DNA from: a virus
Lineage: Duplodnaviria > Caudoviricetes
Virus record (IMG/VR): IMGVR_UViG_3300014205_000187
Coordinates: 1 to 64,000 of that record
Reading direction: 5' to 3' (one strand)
Length of the DNA: 64,000 bases
Both the position numbers and the translations under genes were made by a program. The notes under the pieces were generated by a model, which did not search any database, had not been told where the DNA came from, and worked only from the letters and a program-made list of their open reading frames with translations. This document shows, one piece after another, positions 49,093 through 58,176 of this stretch (position 1 is its first letter; each line of letters opens with the position of its first letter).

Positions 49093-51513
49093 ATGCCTTA
49101 TACAAAACAAGAAGCATTAGAAGCCAGCTTGACTTACTTTGAGGGTGATGAGCTGGCAGCAAAAGCATTCGTGGACAAGTATGCTCTGCATGAAAATGAC
49201 ATGTATTTTGAGCGTACACCAAACGAAATGCACTGGAGATTGGCTAATGAGTTCGCTCGAATTGAGCGCAACTACCCGAATCCTTTAAGCGGTGTGGATA
49301 TTTTCCAAGCTCTCAAAGGATTCAAAAAAATAGTACCGGGCGGTTCTCCGATGTCGGGCATAGGAAATCGTCACGCAGTTATTAGTCTATCTAACTGTGT
49401 AGCTGTTGAAAGTCCTAATGACACTCTTTCCTCGATCTACGCTAAAGGTAGAGACCTGGCTAACCTGTTCAAACGACGCTGTGGAGCAGGCATAGACATC
49501 ACCACACTGCGTCCAGACGGCTCTCCAGTATCCAACTCGGCTAAGACCTCGACGGGAGCCTGGTCATTTGCTGACCTGTATTCATATATAGCAAAACACA
49601 CGGCTCAACAAGGTCGTCGGGGTGCTTTGATGATAACCCTGGATGTCAGCCATCCTGACATATACAAGTTCGTTACCATGAAAGCTGATATGAAATGTGT
49701 TACCGGAGCCAACATATCGGTTATGATAACTGACGCATTTATGAAAGCGGTCAAGGCCGACGATTGGTGGTTCCTTCAGTTTAGACCCAGTGCAATAGAA
49801 GAAACGATGAGACCTGACGGCACGTTAAAGTTTCCTATCAGCAAGGTCAAAGCGCGAGAGCTGTGGAATCTGATCTGCAAAACAGCCACCGAAACAGCCG
49901 AACCAGGAATCATTTTCATCGATAATTACCGGCGTAATCTTCCTCTTGATTACTATCCAGAGTTCAAATCTGTCTGCGTCAATCCATGCTCCGAGATACT
50001 CTTATCAGCTTACGACTCCTGCCGTCTGCTTTCCCAGAACCTTAGAGGATTTGTCATCAATCCTTTCACTCCCGAAGCCAACATAGATATAATAGACTTC
50101 AAAAAGCATGTCCATATAGCTATGAGGCTCCTGGATGATCTGGTTGATCTGGAGATAGAGTGTCTTCAAAACATAGTAAAAAGAGCAGACACCGAAGATG
50201 AGCGTATTTTATTCGGTAAAATGGAAAATGCTGCTCAAAGAGGTCGTAGAACTGGTCTTGGAACTCATGGTCTGGCTGACACTCTTGCTGCTTTGAATCT
50301 ACGATACGATGATTCAGGCACAGCCAGAGATGTCATTCGAGAACTCTACGCTATGTCCAGAAACGAAGCATATAGAGCAAGTATTCAACTTGCTGTTGAA
50401 CGTGGAGCTTTCCCTGCTTTTGATTGGGAAGTGGAAAAAGATTGTCCGTTCATCACGCAGTTACCCGAAGATATATACGATATGATGAAGCATTGTGGCC
50501 GGAGAAATGGCGCACTTCTCACAAATGCTCCGACCGGCACAGTTTCGATAATGAGTCAAACATCATCAGGCATAGAGCCTGTATTCGATAACTATTATAT
50601 GCGAAGACGCAAAGTAGCTGAGTCTGATGGCTACGATTTTAGAGGAGAAGATGGAGAATACTACCAGAACTATCAGGTAGCCAACCATAACCTCCAGCAA
50701 TACTTCGATATTACGGGCAAGACCGAGATTCCTGATTTATTCGTAACAGCCAACGATATTGACTGGCATGAAAGAGTCAAGATTCAAGGTATAATACAGG
50801 AATACATCGACCACGGTATATCGTCCACTATCAATCTGCCCCGAGGTACGGAAGTAGGGATAGTCCAACAGCTTTATGAAGAGGCGCATGAGTGCGGTCT
50901 CAAAGGACTCACAGTTTACGTGGACGGCTCCAGAGATGGAATCCTGGTTCGTAATCCCGTTAAAGAAGAGGACTGGAGTATCAGACCTGAAGTGCTTCCT
51001 TGTGAGATATTCCATGCCAATGTTCAACGTGGAGGAGAAACTGAACAGTTTATCATTCTGGTCACTACCAGAGATTCCCTGCCGTATGAGGTCTTCGGAG
51101 GCAAAGCTGAGTTCCTCGATCTGCCAAAATCTTATCAATATGGAAAGATGACTAAGATCGCAAGCAAACCAAAAAATCGATATGAACTCGAAGCTATCAA
51201 TGGCGGGGAACCTGTCATAGTTCGAGATATTGGAATAGCGTTCAGAAACAATGAATACTCAGTTGTAAGTCGTCTCGCTACTATGGCTCTACGCAGTCGA
51301 ACATCTGTGATAAAAGTTGTAGATCAGCTTCTCAAGGAGCCTGATTCCAACCTTTTCACGTATACGAAGGTCATAGCCAGGGTGCTGAAAAAATATATCA
51401 CTGAGGGAGAGCGGTCTTCTTTACGCTGCCCTGAGTGTGACTCCAAAGATTCTCTCAGATTTCAGGAGGGTTGTTTCGTGTGTACAAATTGCGGGTTTAC
51501 GGGGTGCTCATAA
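49093..51513 (+). CDS. nrdJ: class II (B12-dependent) ribonucleotide reductase
   Basis: LSNC, NPCSE, RRTGLG, APTGT, SSTIN, C-terminal Zn ribbon; no beta subunit in window. Confidence 0.9.
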   Translation: MPYTKQEALEASLTYFEGDELAAKAFVDKYALHENDMYFERTPNEMHWRLANEFARIERNYPNPLSGVDIFQALKGFKKIVPGGSPMSGIGNRHAVISLSNCVAVESPNDTLSSIYAKGRDLANLFKRRCGAGIDITTLRPDGSPVSNSAKTSTGAWSFADLYSYIAKHTAQQGRRGALMITLDVSHPDIYKFVTMKADMKCVTGANISVMITDAFMKAVKADDWWFLQFRPSAIEETMRPDGTLKFPISKVKARELWNLICKTATETAEPGIIFIDNYRRNLPLDYYPEFKSVCVNPCSEILLSAYDSCRLLSQNLRGFVINPFTPEANIDIIDFKKHVHIAMRLLDDLVDLEIECLQNIVKRADTEDERILFGKMENAAQRGRRTGLGTHGLADTLAALNLRYDDSGTARDVIRELYAMSRNEAYRASIQLAVERGAFPAFDWEVEKDCPFITQLPEDIYDMMKHCGRRNGALLTNAPTGTVSIMSQTSSGIEPVFDNYYMRRRKVAESDGYDFRGEDGEYYQNYQVANHNLQQYFDITGKTEIPDLFVTANDIDWHERVKIQGIIQEYIDHGISSTINLPRGTEVGIVQQLYEEAHECGLKGLTVYVDGSRDGILVRNPVKEEDWSIRPEVLPCEIFHANVQRGGETEQFIILVTTRDSLPYEVFGGKAEFLDLPKSYQYGKMTKIASKPKNRYELEAINGGEPVIVRDIGIAFRNNEYSVVSRLATMALRSRTSVIKVVDQLLKEPDSNLFTYTKVIARVLKKYITEGERSSLRCPECDSKDSLRFQEGCFVCTNCGFTGCS

Positions 51514-51514
51514 A

Positions 51515-52090
51515 ATGCCGTTAATTATTGGAATTGCAGGTAAAAAACGCTCAGGAAAAGACACTGTGGCGCAGATGATTATCGACAACGCGCAAATGGT
51601 CGGAGTCAAAGCTGTGCGTCGTGCAATGGCTGATCTGCTCAAAGAAGAGTGTGCCTCGCTGGTGTCCTCTACAACTGGCAGAGATTATAAAACAGTTCTC
51701 GAAGAGATGTATCGAGACGAAACCAAAGAACGGTATCGCTTATTACTCCAATTTTGGGGGACCGAACTTCGCCGGGAAATGTGCGACAAAGATTATTGGG
51801 TCAATGCCATGAACCTTTGGATAGCACGTAACTGTGGTCCTCAGCAGATTGTGGTCATTCCAGACATTCGATTCCCCAATGAGATTGAACTCGTTAATCT
51901 GCTGAATGGCTATAACTTCCTGGTTTTTCGTCCGGGGCTTGAAAACTTCGATACGCACATCTCGGAAACAGCTTTGGACGATTATACTGCGTGGGCGGGG
52001 ACGTTCATGAATGACCAGGGACTTCCTGAGCTGGAGAAACTGGTCAGAGTTACTCTGGTTGATTTGATTGATCGTGTCTGGGGTCATTAA
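51515..52090 (+). CDS. deoxynucleoside monophosphate kinase
   Basis: GKKRSGKDT, ADLLK, LQFWGTE, DIRFPNE, HISE. Confidence 0.9.
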   Translation: MPLIIGIAGKKRSGKDTVAQMIIDNAQMVGVKAVRRAMADLLKEECASLVSSTTGRDYKTVLEEMYRDETKERYRLLLQFWGTELRREMCDKDYWVNAMNLWIARNCGPQQIVVIPDIRFPNEIELVNLLNGYNFLVFRPGLENFDTHISETALDDYTAWAGTFMNDQGLPELEKLVRVTLVDLIDRVWGH

Positions 52091-52513
52091 GTGCGAACAG
52101 CTATTCTGCCAGCAAAAGCTATGATACTGGCGCGTGGCAAGTTTCAGGCATTCGAGCTGGAGCCTGGAGACCTCATACAAGCGTATGACTATAATGCTCG
52201 GCGTCCAGTAATGGCAGCAATATCGACAAATACCCCAGTCGAACCCGTCAAAAAGATTCTGGCTCCGGTGCTTCAGTTCAAAATCATACCATTTTCGCTG
52301 GTAACAAAAGCTCTGACTCCACAAGGAGAAAAGAGTCTGGCTGACGGTGCTCGACAGTTCATCGGATACTGCAACAGTAATCCTACCAAACTGCTTATAC
52401 GCACGATAGACGCTCTTATAGAGTATGATGAAATGGTAGATGCTGTACAATTAATGTGGGAATGGCCGCAATATATCTGGGTCGAAGGAATCTTAGTTGG
52501 GATTGACGCATGA
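52091..52513 (+). CDS. stand-alone degenerate Hint (intein-like) domain protein
   Basis: ELEPGDLIQAYD, ALTPQG and YIWVEGILV follow Hint blocks, but catalytic residues are absent. Confidence 0.55.
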   Translation: MRTAILPAKAMILARGKFQAFELEPGDLIQAYDYNARRPVMAAISTNTPVEPVKKILAPVLQFKIIPFSLVTKALTPQGEKSLADGARQFIGYCNSNPTKLLIRTIDALIEYDEMVDAVQLMWEWPQYIWVEGILVGIDA

Positions 52514-54108
52514 CGCACGACATAATAAATCAACTAACTGCCATATATATTCGTGACCCTGACGAAGGCGAAGCCATAGCCAGAGAGTTCGGACTCTGGG
52601 AATCTTTATACGAGAGTGTGTTTAAGCCTCTTCTACGGCAAGTATGTTACGAAGACGTAAATCGCTTCATCGAGTATATTTTCGTAGACCCTGAAACTCG
52701 TGGAGCTGTTGAACAGCAAGACTTTCACGAAGAGTGGCAGCAACTCATTACTGACCACGATAGAGTTTTAATCGCTGCTCCCAGAGGTCATGGAAAGTCC
52801 TATCAAAACATTGGTAGAGCTATATGGGAGCTTGGCCGCAATCATAACCTGAGAATTAAAATCCTTGGTTCAGGTGACGATAAAGCCAAAGAAATCCTCG
52901 GTCTCATCCGAGAGAACATCGCAAAAAACCCCAAAGTTCAAGAGATATTTCCTACTTTACAAATTGATGTTGCCAGAGGAGATACTCAGACCAAGTTCTT
53001 CGTGGTGCGCGACATCATGCAAAGAGACGCCTCGGTCGAAGCCTCTGGTGTTCTATCGGCTGGTGCTGGTGGTCGTGCAGACTTACTTATCTGCGACGAC
53101 GTTGTAGACCTCAAAAACTCCGTTATCAATCCGGTTCTGCGCGAACAAGTCATCAACGCTGTCAAAGAGACCTGGTTCTCTCTGGTATCTGCTTCAGGTA
53201 AAATTGTCTGGATATGCACACCTTACCACGTTGCCGATGCCAGTCATAATCTCAGAGACACTGGAGTATTCAAAGTTTGGTGGACTCCAGCTATCACAAT
53301 CACTCGACATTTTGATGATGACGGCAATGAGATCATCGATGAAGAGACTCAACAGCCAAAAGTCACAAAGACTATCCTGTGGCCGGACAAATGGAGTGAA
53401 GAAAAACTCAAAAAACGTGAACAGGAAGTCGGTTCGAGAGTTTTTGCCCGACAGTATCTTCTCAATGCAATGTCGGACGATGAACGCACATTCCCTGAAG
53501 TCTCCCTGGAAAAGAGTTTTGATCGAACGAGACGTTACATTGGCGAAGATATTGACCCTGAATGGCCTACTTTTGGTGGCGTAGATTTGGCTTCAGCTCT
53601 GGGTAAAAAGAATGCCTGGACAGTTATCTGGACTCTGGCAAGAAGTCCTCATGACAATCGATTATATCTAAAAAATCTGTATCGAAAACGAATGAAGTTC
53701 CCGGAAATAATGAGGACTTTGAAAGAACAATATCTGGAACAGCACTGGCAGCTTTGTCTTGTGGAAAACAATCAATTCCAGCAAGCTGTTATCGACGCCG
53801 CCGAAGAAGTCGATAAATCAATACCTATCGAATCGTTCACCACGGGCATCAATAAAGCTAACGAGTTAGTTGGATTACCAGGTATGGCAGTAGCTTTTGA
53901 GAAATCTCAGTTTGCGATACCTGCGGCTTTATTTCCATTGGACCCTGACGATACATCACCTCTTGCTATTTTGATGAATGAACTTCGGACACATCCAGGA
54001 GGAGAGTTCAGTGATACTGTTATGGCTCTTTGGTTTGCTTGGATAGCAGCCCAAAGAAGCAGTGGTGACTTTGAGGACGCCTATATGGAAGCTGTAAAGT
54101 CTATATAG
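52510..54108 (+). CDS. terL: terminase large subunit
   Basis: APRGHGKS, LLICDD, GVDLA, VENNQFQ, DTVMALWFA. Confidence 0.92.
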   Translation: MTHDIINQLTAIYIRDPDEGEAIAREFGLWESLYESVFKPLLRQVCYEDVNRFIEYIFVDPETRGAVEQQDFHEEWQQLITDHDRVLIAAPRGHGKSYQNIGRAIWELGRNHNLRIKILGSGDDKAKEILGLIRENIAKNPKVQEIFPTLQIDVARGDTQTKFFVVRDIMQRDASVEASGVLSAGAGGRADLLICDDVVDLKNSVINPVLREQVINAVKETWFSLVSASGKIVWICTPYHVADASHNLRDTGVFKVWWTPAITITRHFDDDGNEIIDEETQQPKVTKTILWPDKWSEEKLKKREQEVGSRVFARQYLLNAMSDDERTFPEVSLEKSFDRTRRYIGEDIDPEWPTFGGVDLASALGKKNAWTVIWTLARSPHDNRLYLKNLYRKRMKFPEIMRTLKEQYLEQHWQLCLVENNQFQQAVIDAAEEVDKSIPIESFTTGINKANELVGLPGMAVAFEKSQFAIPAALFPLDPDDTSPLAILMNELRTHPGGEFSDTVMALWFAWIAAQRSSGDFEDAYMEAVKSI

Positions 54109-54173
54109 TCACCCATTTTGACGTTGAATCTGGTATTATATACAAACATTGTGCTATACTGGGGGCAATAATT

Positions 54174-55943
54174 ATGGCTACTCCAATTGGAACATACGCA
54201 AGTTCGACAGGCAAAGATGATCTCATAAGTGCGCCTTTCTGGGCTAAAAAGCTCGGTAGAACATTCAAGGCTCTCTTTAACCCAGATTCCCCTACAGCTA
54301 TGCACCCTGCCTCTGAACCTCGTGACTCTCTGGTCATGACAGGTTTGACCAATGCAGATTCTCTAGCTTCTATGGCTAATGCCTGGAGAGTCCATCAAAC
54401 TCGAAAATCTGTCTATCAGGACATCGAACGGATGGATTCTGAAGATGAGATGGTGGCAACAGCTCTCGATATTATAGCCGACTGTTCTGTATCTTATACC
54501 GATACCAGCGGATTCCACTTCAAGATTCGATCTGATGATGCTGAAACTCAAAAAGTACTCCACGCTCTCGAAAAAAGACTCGATCTGCACAATGAGATTT
54601 GGCAAATATGCAGAGATATGGTGAAGAATGGTAACGATTTCCGAGAAGTGGTCATAGATAGACAGACAATGAAGATCGTTGCGTTCAAACAGACCATCTC
54701 TTATCAGATATACCCTAAAACCAACAAACGTGGAGATAAGCTGCCTGGCTGGGTAGTCAAAGAAGACGGCGACATCTACATGTCCAACGGCAAAGAATTG
54801 GAGCTTGAGGAGTGGCAGATTTGTCCATTCATCTTCGGTTCCAAAAAAGGTTTCCTGGCATCCCCACCTCTTGCGGCTGCTCGTAGAAACTGGATTCGTC
54901 TGACAAAGATGGAAGATGGTATGGCTGTAGCTCGACTTATCAGAGCTTACGACAAAATGGTTCACAGGATTCCGGTCAAGCCCGAAATGCCTGTAACCGA
55001 CATCATGAATCGAATCAGGATGTATAAAGACAGCATCAGCAAGAGGAGAATCCTCGACAGCGATGGTATGATGACGCAGGTTGACAATAACCTGGACGTT
55101 CAAACAGACTTTTATCTGCCGGATGACGGCTCCGGTCGAGGTGGAGTCGATCTACTCTCAGCAAATAACACTCAGCTTGGAAACTTGAATGACATTATTT
55201 ATCATCGAGAAAAACTCCTCACCCGTCTTCAGGTTCCTATCGCATATTTGCAGATCACCACGGCTCAGAAAACTCACATAGCTTCTGGAGCATCGTCTCA
55301 GAAAGCCGATGTAGAGATTCAATTTGCTCGTATGCTTCGACGTGTACAGCGTCAACTTCTCAAAGGAATCCATCGACTTTGTGATCTGGAATTGATGCTC
55401 AATGGTATTACTCCTGAGCGTGGTAGCTACAAAATCGAAGTCACTGAGATCAATACTGTAGACCTCAAAAAAGATGCCGACATTGAACTCACTTATGCTC
55501 AGGCAGCCGTGTTCTTCGTGGAAGCGTTCGGAGCACTACCTCCTGAACTCATCGCTGAAAAGTTCATGCATCTTGATAACGATCAGCAAAAACTTCTGGA
55601 TACATTCCTGAAAACCAGCGGTGCCAGACTCACAGAGGCCAAGATTAAAGGGGCTGAAGCTGCTGGACAGCCTAAACCTGCTCCTGGGTCTGATGCTCTA
55701 CCGAAAAAAGGCACTGGAAACTCTACAAAAAATAGAGCAGCCAGGAGTGGAGAACAAAAAGGCACCAAACAAAGTATCCCTCTGGAAGCCTTTGTTGACG
55801 TTATGTATGATCTCGCTGAGGGCATAAATGAAGACTTCAGAAATCAAGGCATAGAAGTCCCTGAGTTGGACGAAAGCCATAGGAATGTGATTCGAGCAAA
55901 CCTGGCCTCCATAATTCAACGCGATAATTTGGTTCTTGAGTAA
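54174..55943 (+). CDS. portal protein, T4 gp20-like
   Basis: ALDIIAD, MEDGMAVARLIRA, DFYLP..G.G, DIIY...L...LQVP, FAR..RVQ. Confidence 0.85.
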   Translation: MATPIGTYASSTGKDDLISAPFWAKKLGRTFKALFNPDSPTAMHPASEPRDSLVMTGLTNADSLASMANAWRVHQTRKSVYQDIERMDSEDEMVATALDIIADCSVSYTDTSGFHFKIRSDDAETQKVLHALEKRLDLHNEIWQICRDMVKNGNDFREVVIDRQTMKIVAFKQTISYQIYPKTNKRGDKLPGWVVKEDGDIYMSNGKELELEEWQICPFIFGSKKGFLASPPLAAARRNWIRLTKMEDGMAVARLIRAYDKMVHRIPVKPEMPVTDIMNRIRMYKDSISKRRILDSDGMMTQVDNNLDVQTDFYLPDDGSGRGGVDLLSANNTQLGNLNDIIYHREKLLTRLQVPIAYLQITTAQKTHIASGASSQKADVEIQFARMLRRVQRQLLKGIHRLCDLELMLNGITPERGSYKIEVTEINTVDLKKDADIELTYAQAAVFFVEAFGALPPELIAEKFMHLDNDQQKLLDTFLKTSGARLTEAKIKGAEAAGQPKPAPGSDALPKKGTGNSTKNRAARSGEQKGTKQSIPLEAFVDVMYDLAEGINEDFRNQGIEVPELDESHRNVIRANLASIIQRDNLVLE

Positions 55944-56705
55944 ATGATTGAGATTATCAACGGTGACTGCGTGGCCGAGATGGAAAAACTCGGCAAACAA
56001 TCTGTCAATTGCATAGTCACATCTCCCCCTTACAACTTCGACATCAACTATAATGAATACGATGATGGCATGCCCCGAGACAAATACTTAGACTGGCTCG
56101 TAGACGTGGCTCATTCGATGCACAAGGTCTTAACCAAGGATGGCAGCATCTTTCTAAACGTAGGATTCAAACCCACAGACCCCTGGTTGCCTTATGATGT
56201 CTTAAATGTGTTTAGACGCACGTTCTACGCTCAGAACCAGTTCATCTGGGCCAAAAGTGCCTATGTTCCTCAAGCCAAGAAAACCTATGGACATTTTCGT
56301 CCACTCAACTCTCCACGATTCGTTAATCGATGCTGGGAGTTTGTTTTCCATCTCACCAGAACCTCTGATGTCGTTCTTGATCGATTGGCTTTAGGAGTTC
56401 CTTACGAAGATAAAAGCAACAAGCGTCGTTGGAGTAATCCTGATGATCTTCGATGTCGAGGAGATGTATGGTTCATTCCTTATGAGACAAAACAGAAAAA
56501 GGGTAAACATCCGGCAACATTCCCGCCGAAGTTGGCGATGTATGCTTATGCTCTACATGGTCTTGACCGAATAGAGCTTGCGATGGACCCGTTTGTTGGA
56601 GAAGGAAATAGTGCTGTGGCCGCTAAAAAATTGGACTTGAACTTTGTTGGTATCGACATCGACTCTTTATACTGTGAAATAGCGAGAAAAGCTGTAAAAG
56701 GCTGA
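55944..56705 (+). CDS. beta-class amino DNA methyltransferase (probably N4-cytosine)
   Basis: TSPPYN, HPATFP, DPFVGEG. Confidence 0.9.
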   Translation: MIEIINGDCVAEMEKLGKQSVNCIVTSPPYNFDINYNEYDDGMPRDKYLDWLVDVAHSMHKVLTKDGSIFLNVGFKPTDPWLPYDVLNVFRRTFYAQNQFIWAKSAYVPQAKKTYGHFRPLNSPRFVNRCWEFVFHLTRTSDVVLDRLALGVPYEDKSNKRRWSNPDDLRCRGDVWFIPYETKQKKGKHPATFPPKLAMYAYALHGLDRIELAMDPFVGEGNSAVAAKKLDLNFVGIDIDSLYCEIARKAVKG

Positions 56706-56754
56706 TAAAGAATACGCCCCTTCCTCATCAGCCTTTTACATCGTCACCAACCAA

Positions 56755-56844
56755 TTATGTTATTACGAGTTTGTACTTACTGATAAAATAGGTGATTAGG
56801 ACACCTACCACAAATCCTACTGCACCAGCTCCCAGATAATACAT
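56755..56844 (-). CDS. 29-aa single-pass membrane peptide
   Basis: GAGGTG SD, TGCTATAAT promoter, MYYLGAGAVGFVVGVLITYFISKYKLVIT*. Confidence 0.7.
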   Translation of the reverse strand: MYYLGAGAVGFVVGVLITYFISKYKLVIT

Positions 56845-56921
56845 GATGCTCACCTCAAGCACATTATAGCACATTCAATAAAAAACACATCAGTAGTAAT
56901 ACCTGTTTTGTCTGAAATGGG

Positions 56922-56950
56922 TTGACAGTTAATTATCTATCCATTATACT
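56922..56950 (+). promoter_or_regulatory. consensus sigma70-type promoter
   Basis: TTGACA-17bp-TATACT. Confidence 0.8.
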
Positions 56951-56989
56951 GAAAATGTAGAACAGACATCTAACTAGGAGGCAACAAAA

Positions 56990-58021
56990 ATGAAAAGCAG
57001 AGTCGAATCACAGTTCGTTCAGCACGGAGATATTGGAGCCGTTTATGGCGGCACCATCGTTGATAACTCTTTGAGCATCGATGAAGCTCTCAAAGAATCT
57101 GGTCTCGACTGGGAAGTCGGTGTCGATAGAGTCAGAATGGCAAAGAAAACAGGTGGCAAGGTTATTCCTGGATTCTTCGCCACGTATCGAATGGACACCG
57201 GAGACCCGCTCGGAATTGTTAAGACACGATACAATCCGGTGCAGAATCGTGATGCCTTTGCATGGTTGAGATACATTATCGGTGTAGACGGAGCCTGCGT
57301 CACATCTGCCGGTGCGCTGCACAAAGGCCGATACACTTGGGTCTGTATAGACCTTGGTGGATTTGATGTCTTGCCTGAAGACGCTGTTCGGAAACGCATG
57401 CTGATTCTCAACTCACATGATGGTTCCTCGAATATCCTGGTGCAGCTCCTTCCTCATAGGATAGCTTGCCAGAACATTTTGAACTTCTCGTATGGAGTCA
57501 AAAAAGGTGACGGAGACGAAAACTATGGAGGCGGCAGCGACCCATTCAAGATTCGTCACACTGGCACAGCGATGATTAAGCTGTCTGAAATCCAGCGAGT
57601 CATCGGGGTAGCCAATACAAACTTCGATAGAGTTCAGGCATCTTTCGAGGCATTCAAATCTACTACTGTCACTCCAGAACAAAACGATGCTATCATCTAT
57701 GCCGCTCTGGGAGTGACAGACGAAGATCGAAACCTGTACAATGCCGGGGAGTTTGAGAAGACTCCTCAGTGGGTCAATCACTTCGGTCTTATCAACGATG
57801 TCATCGAAAAAGGCCCCGGCTCTGACATCAAAGGTGTCCGAGGAACGGTCTGGGGAGCATTCAACGGCATCAACAGCTACTTCGATCATATCCGAACTGT
57901 CAGAGGTTCTGAGAAGAATCCTGACAACGCCATCGAAAGCAAGTTGATGGGTCACTCGGCGAAAATGAAGGTCAAAGCATTCGATGCCTGTCTCAACGCC
58001 GTCGAGATTCTCAAAAATTAA
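56990..58021 (+). CDS. DUF932 protein
   Basis: GLDWEV, YNPVQN, NSHDGS, RIACQN, IRHT, GTVWGAFN. Confidence 0.9.
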   Translation: MKSRVESQFVQHGDIGAVYGGTIVDNSLSIDEALKESGLDWEVGVDRVRMAKKTGGKVIPGFFATYRMDTGDPLGIVKTRYNPVQNRDAFAWLRYIIGVDGACVTSAGALHKGRYTWVCIDLGGFDVLPEDAVRKRMLILNSHDGSSNILVQLLPHRIACQNILNFSYGVKKGDGDENYGGGSDPFKIRHTGTAMIKLSEIQRVIGVANTNFDRVQASFEAFKSTTVTPEQNDAIIYAALGVTDEDRNLYNAGEFEKTPQWVNHFGLINDVIEKGPGSDIKGVRGTVWGAFNGINSYFDHIRTVRGSEKNPDNAIESKLMGHSAKMKVKAFDACLNAVEILKN

Positions 58022-58039
58022 CCCCGCCGCATACGTGTA

Positions 58040-58075
58040 AAAAGGCCAGGTATTCAGTTGAATATCTGGCCTTTT
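58040..58075 (+). terminator. intrinsic terminator, possibly bidirectional
   Basis: AAAAGGCCAGGTATTCA/TGAATATCTGGCCTTTT. Confidence 0.8.
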
Positions 58076-58176
58076 CTGCGTACCCCTCAGAAAATTATTT
58101 CATGTGGACAGTCTAACAAGTTGACTATCTGTTAAAGTAGAACCAGCGACTTTACAGAAGCGAGGTCAGACACATC

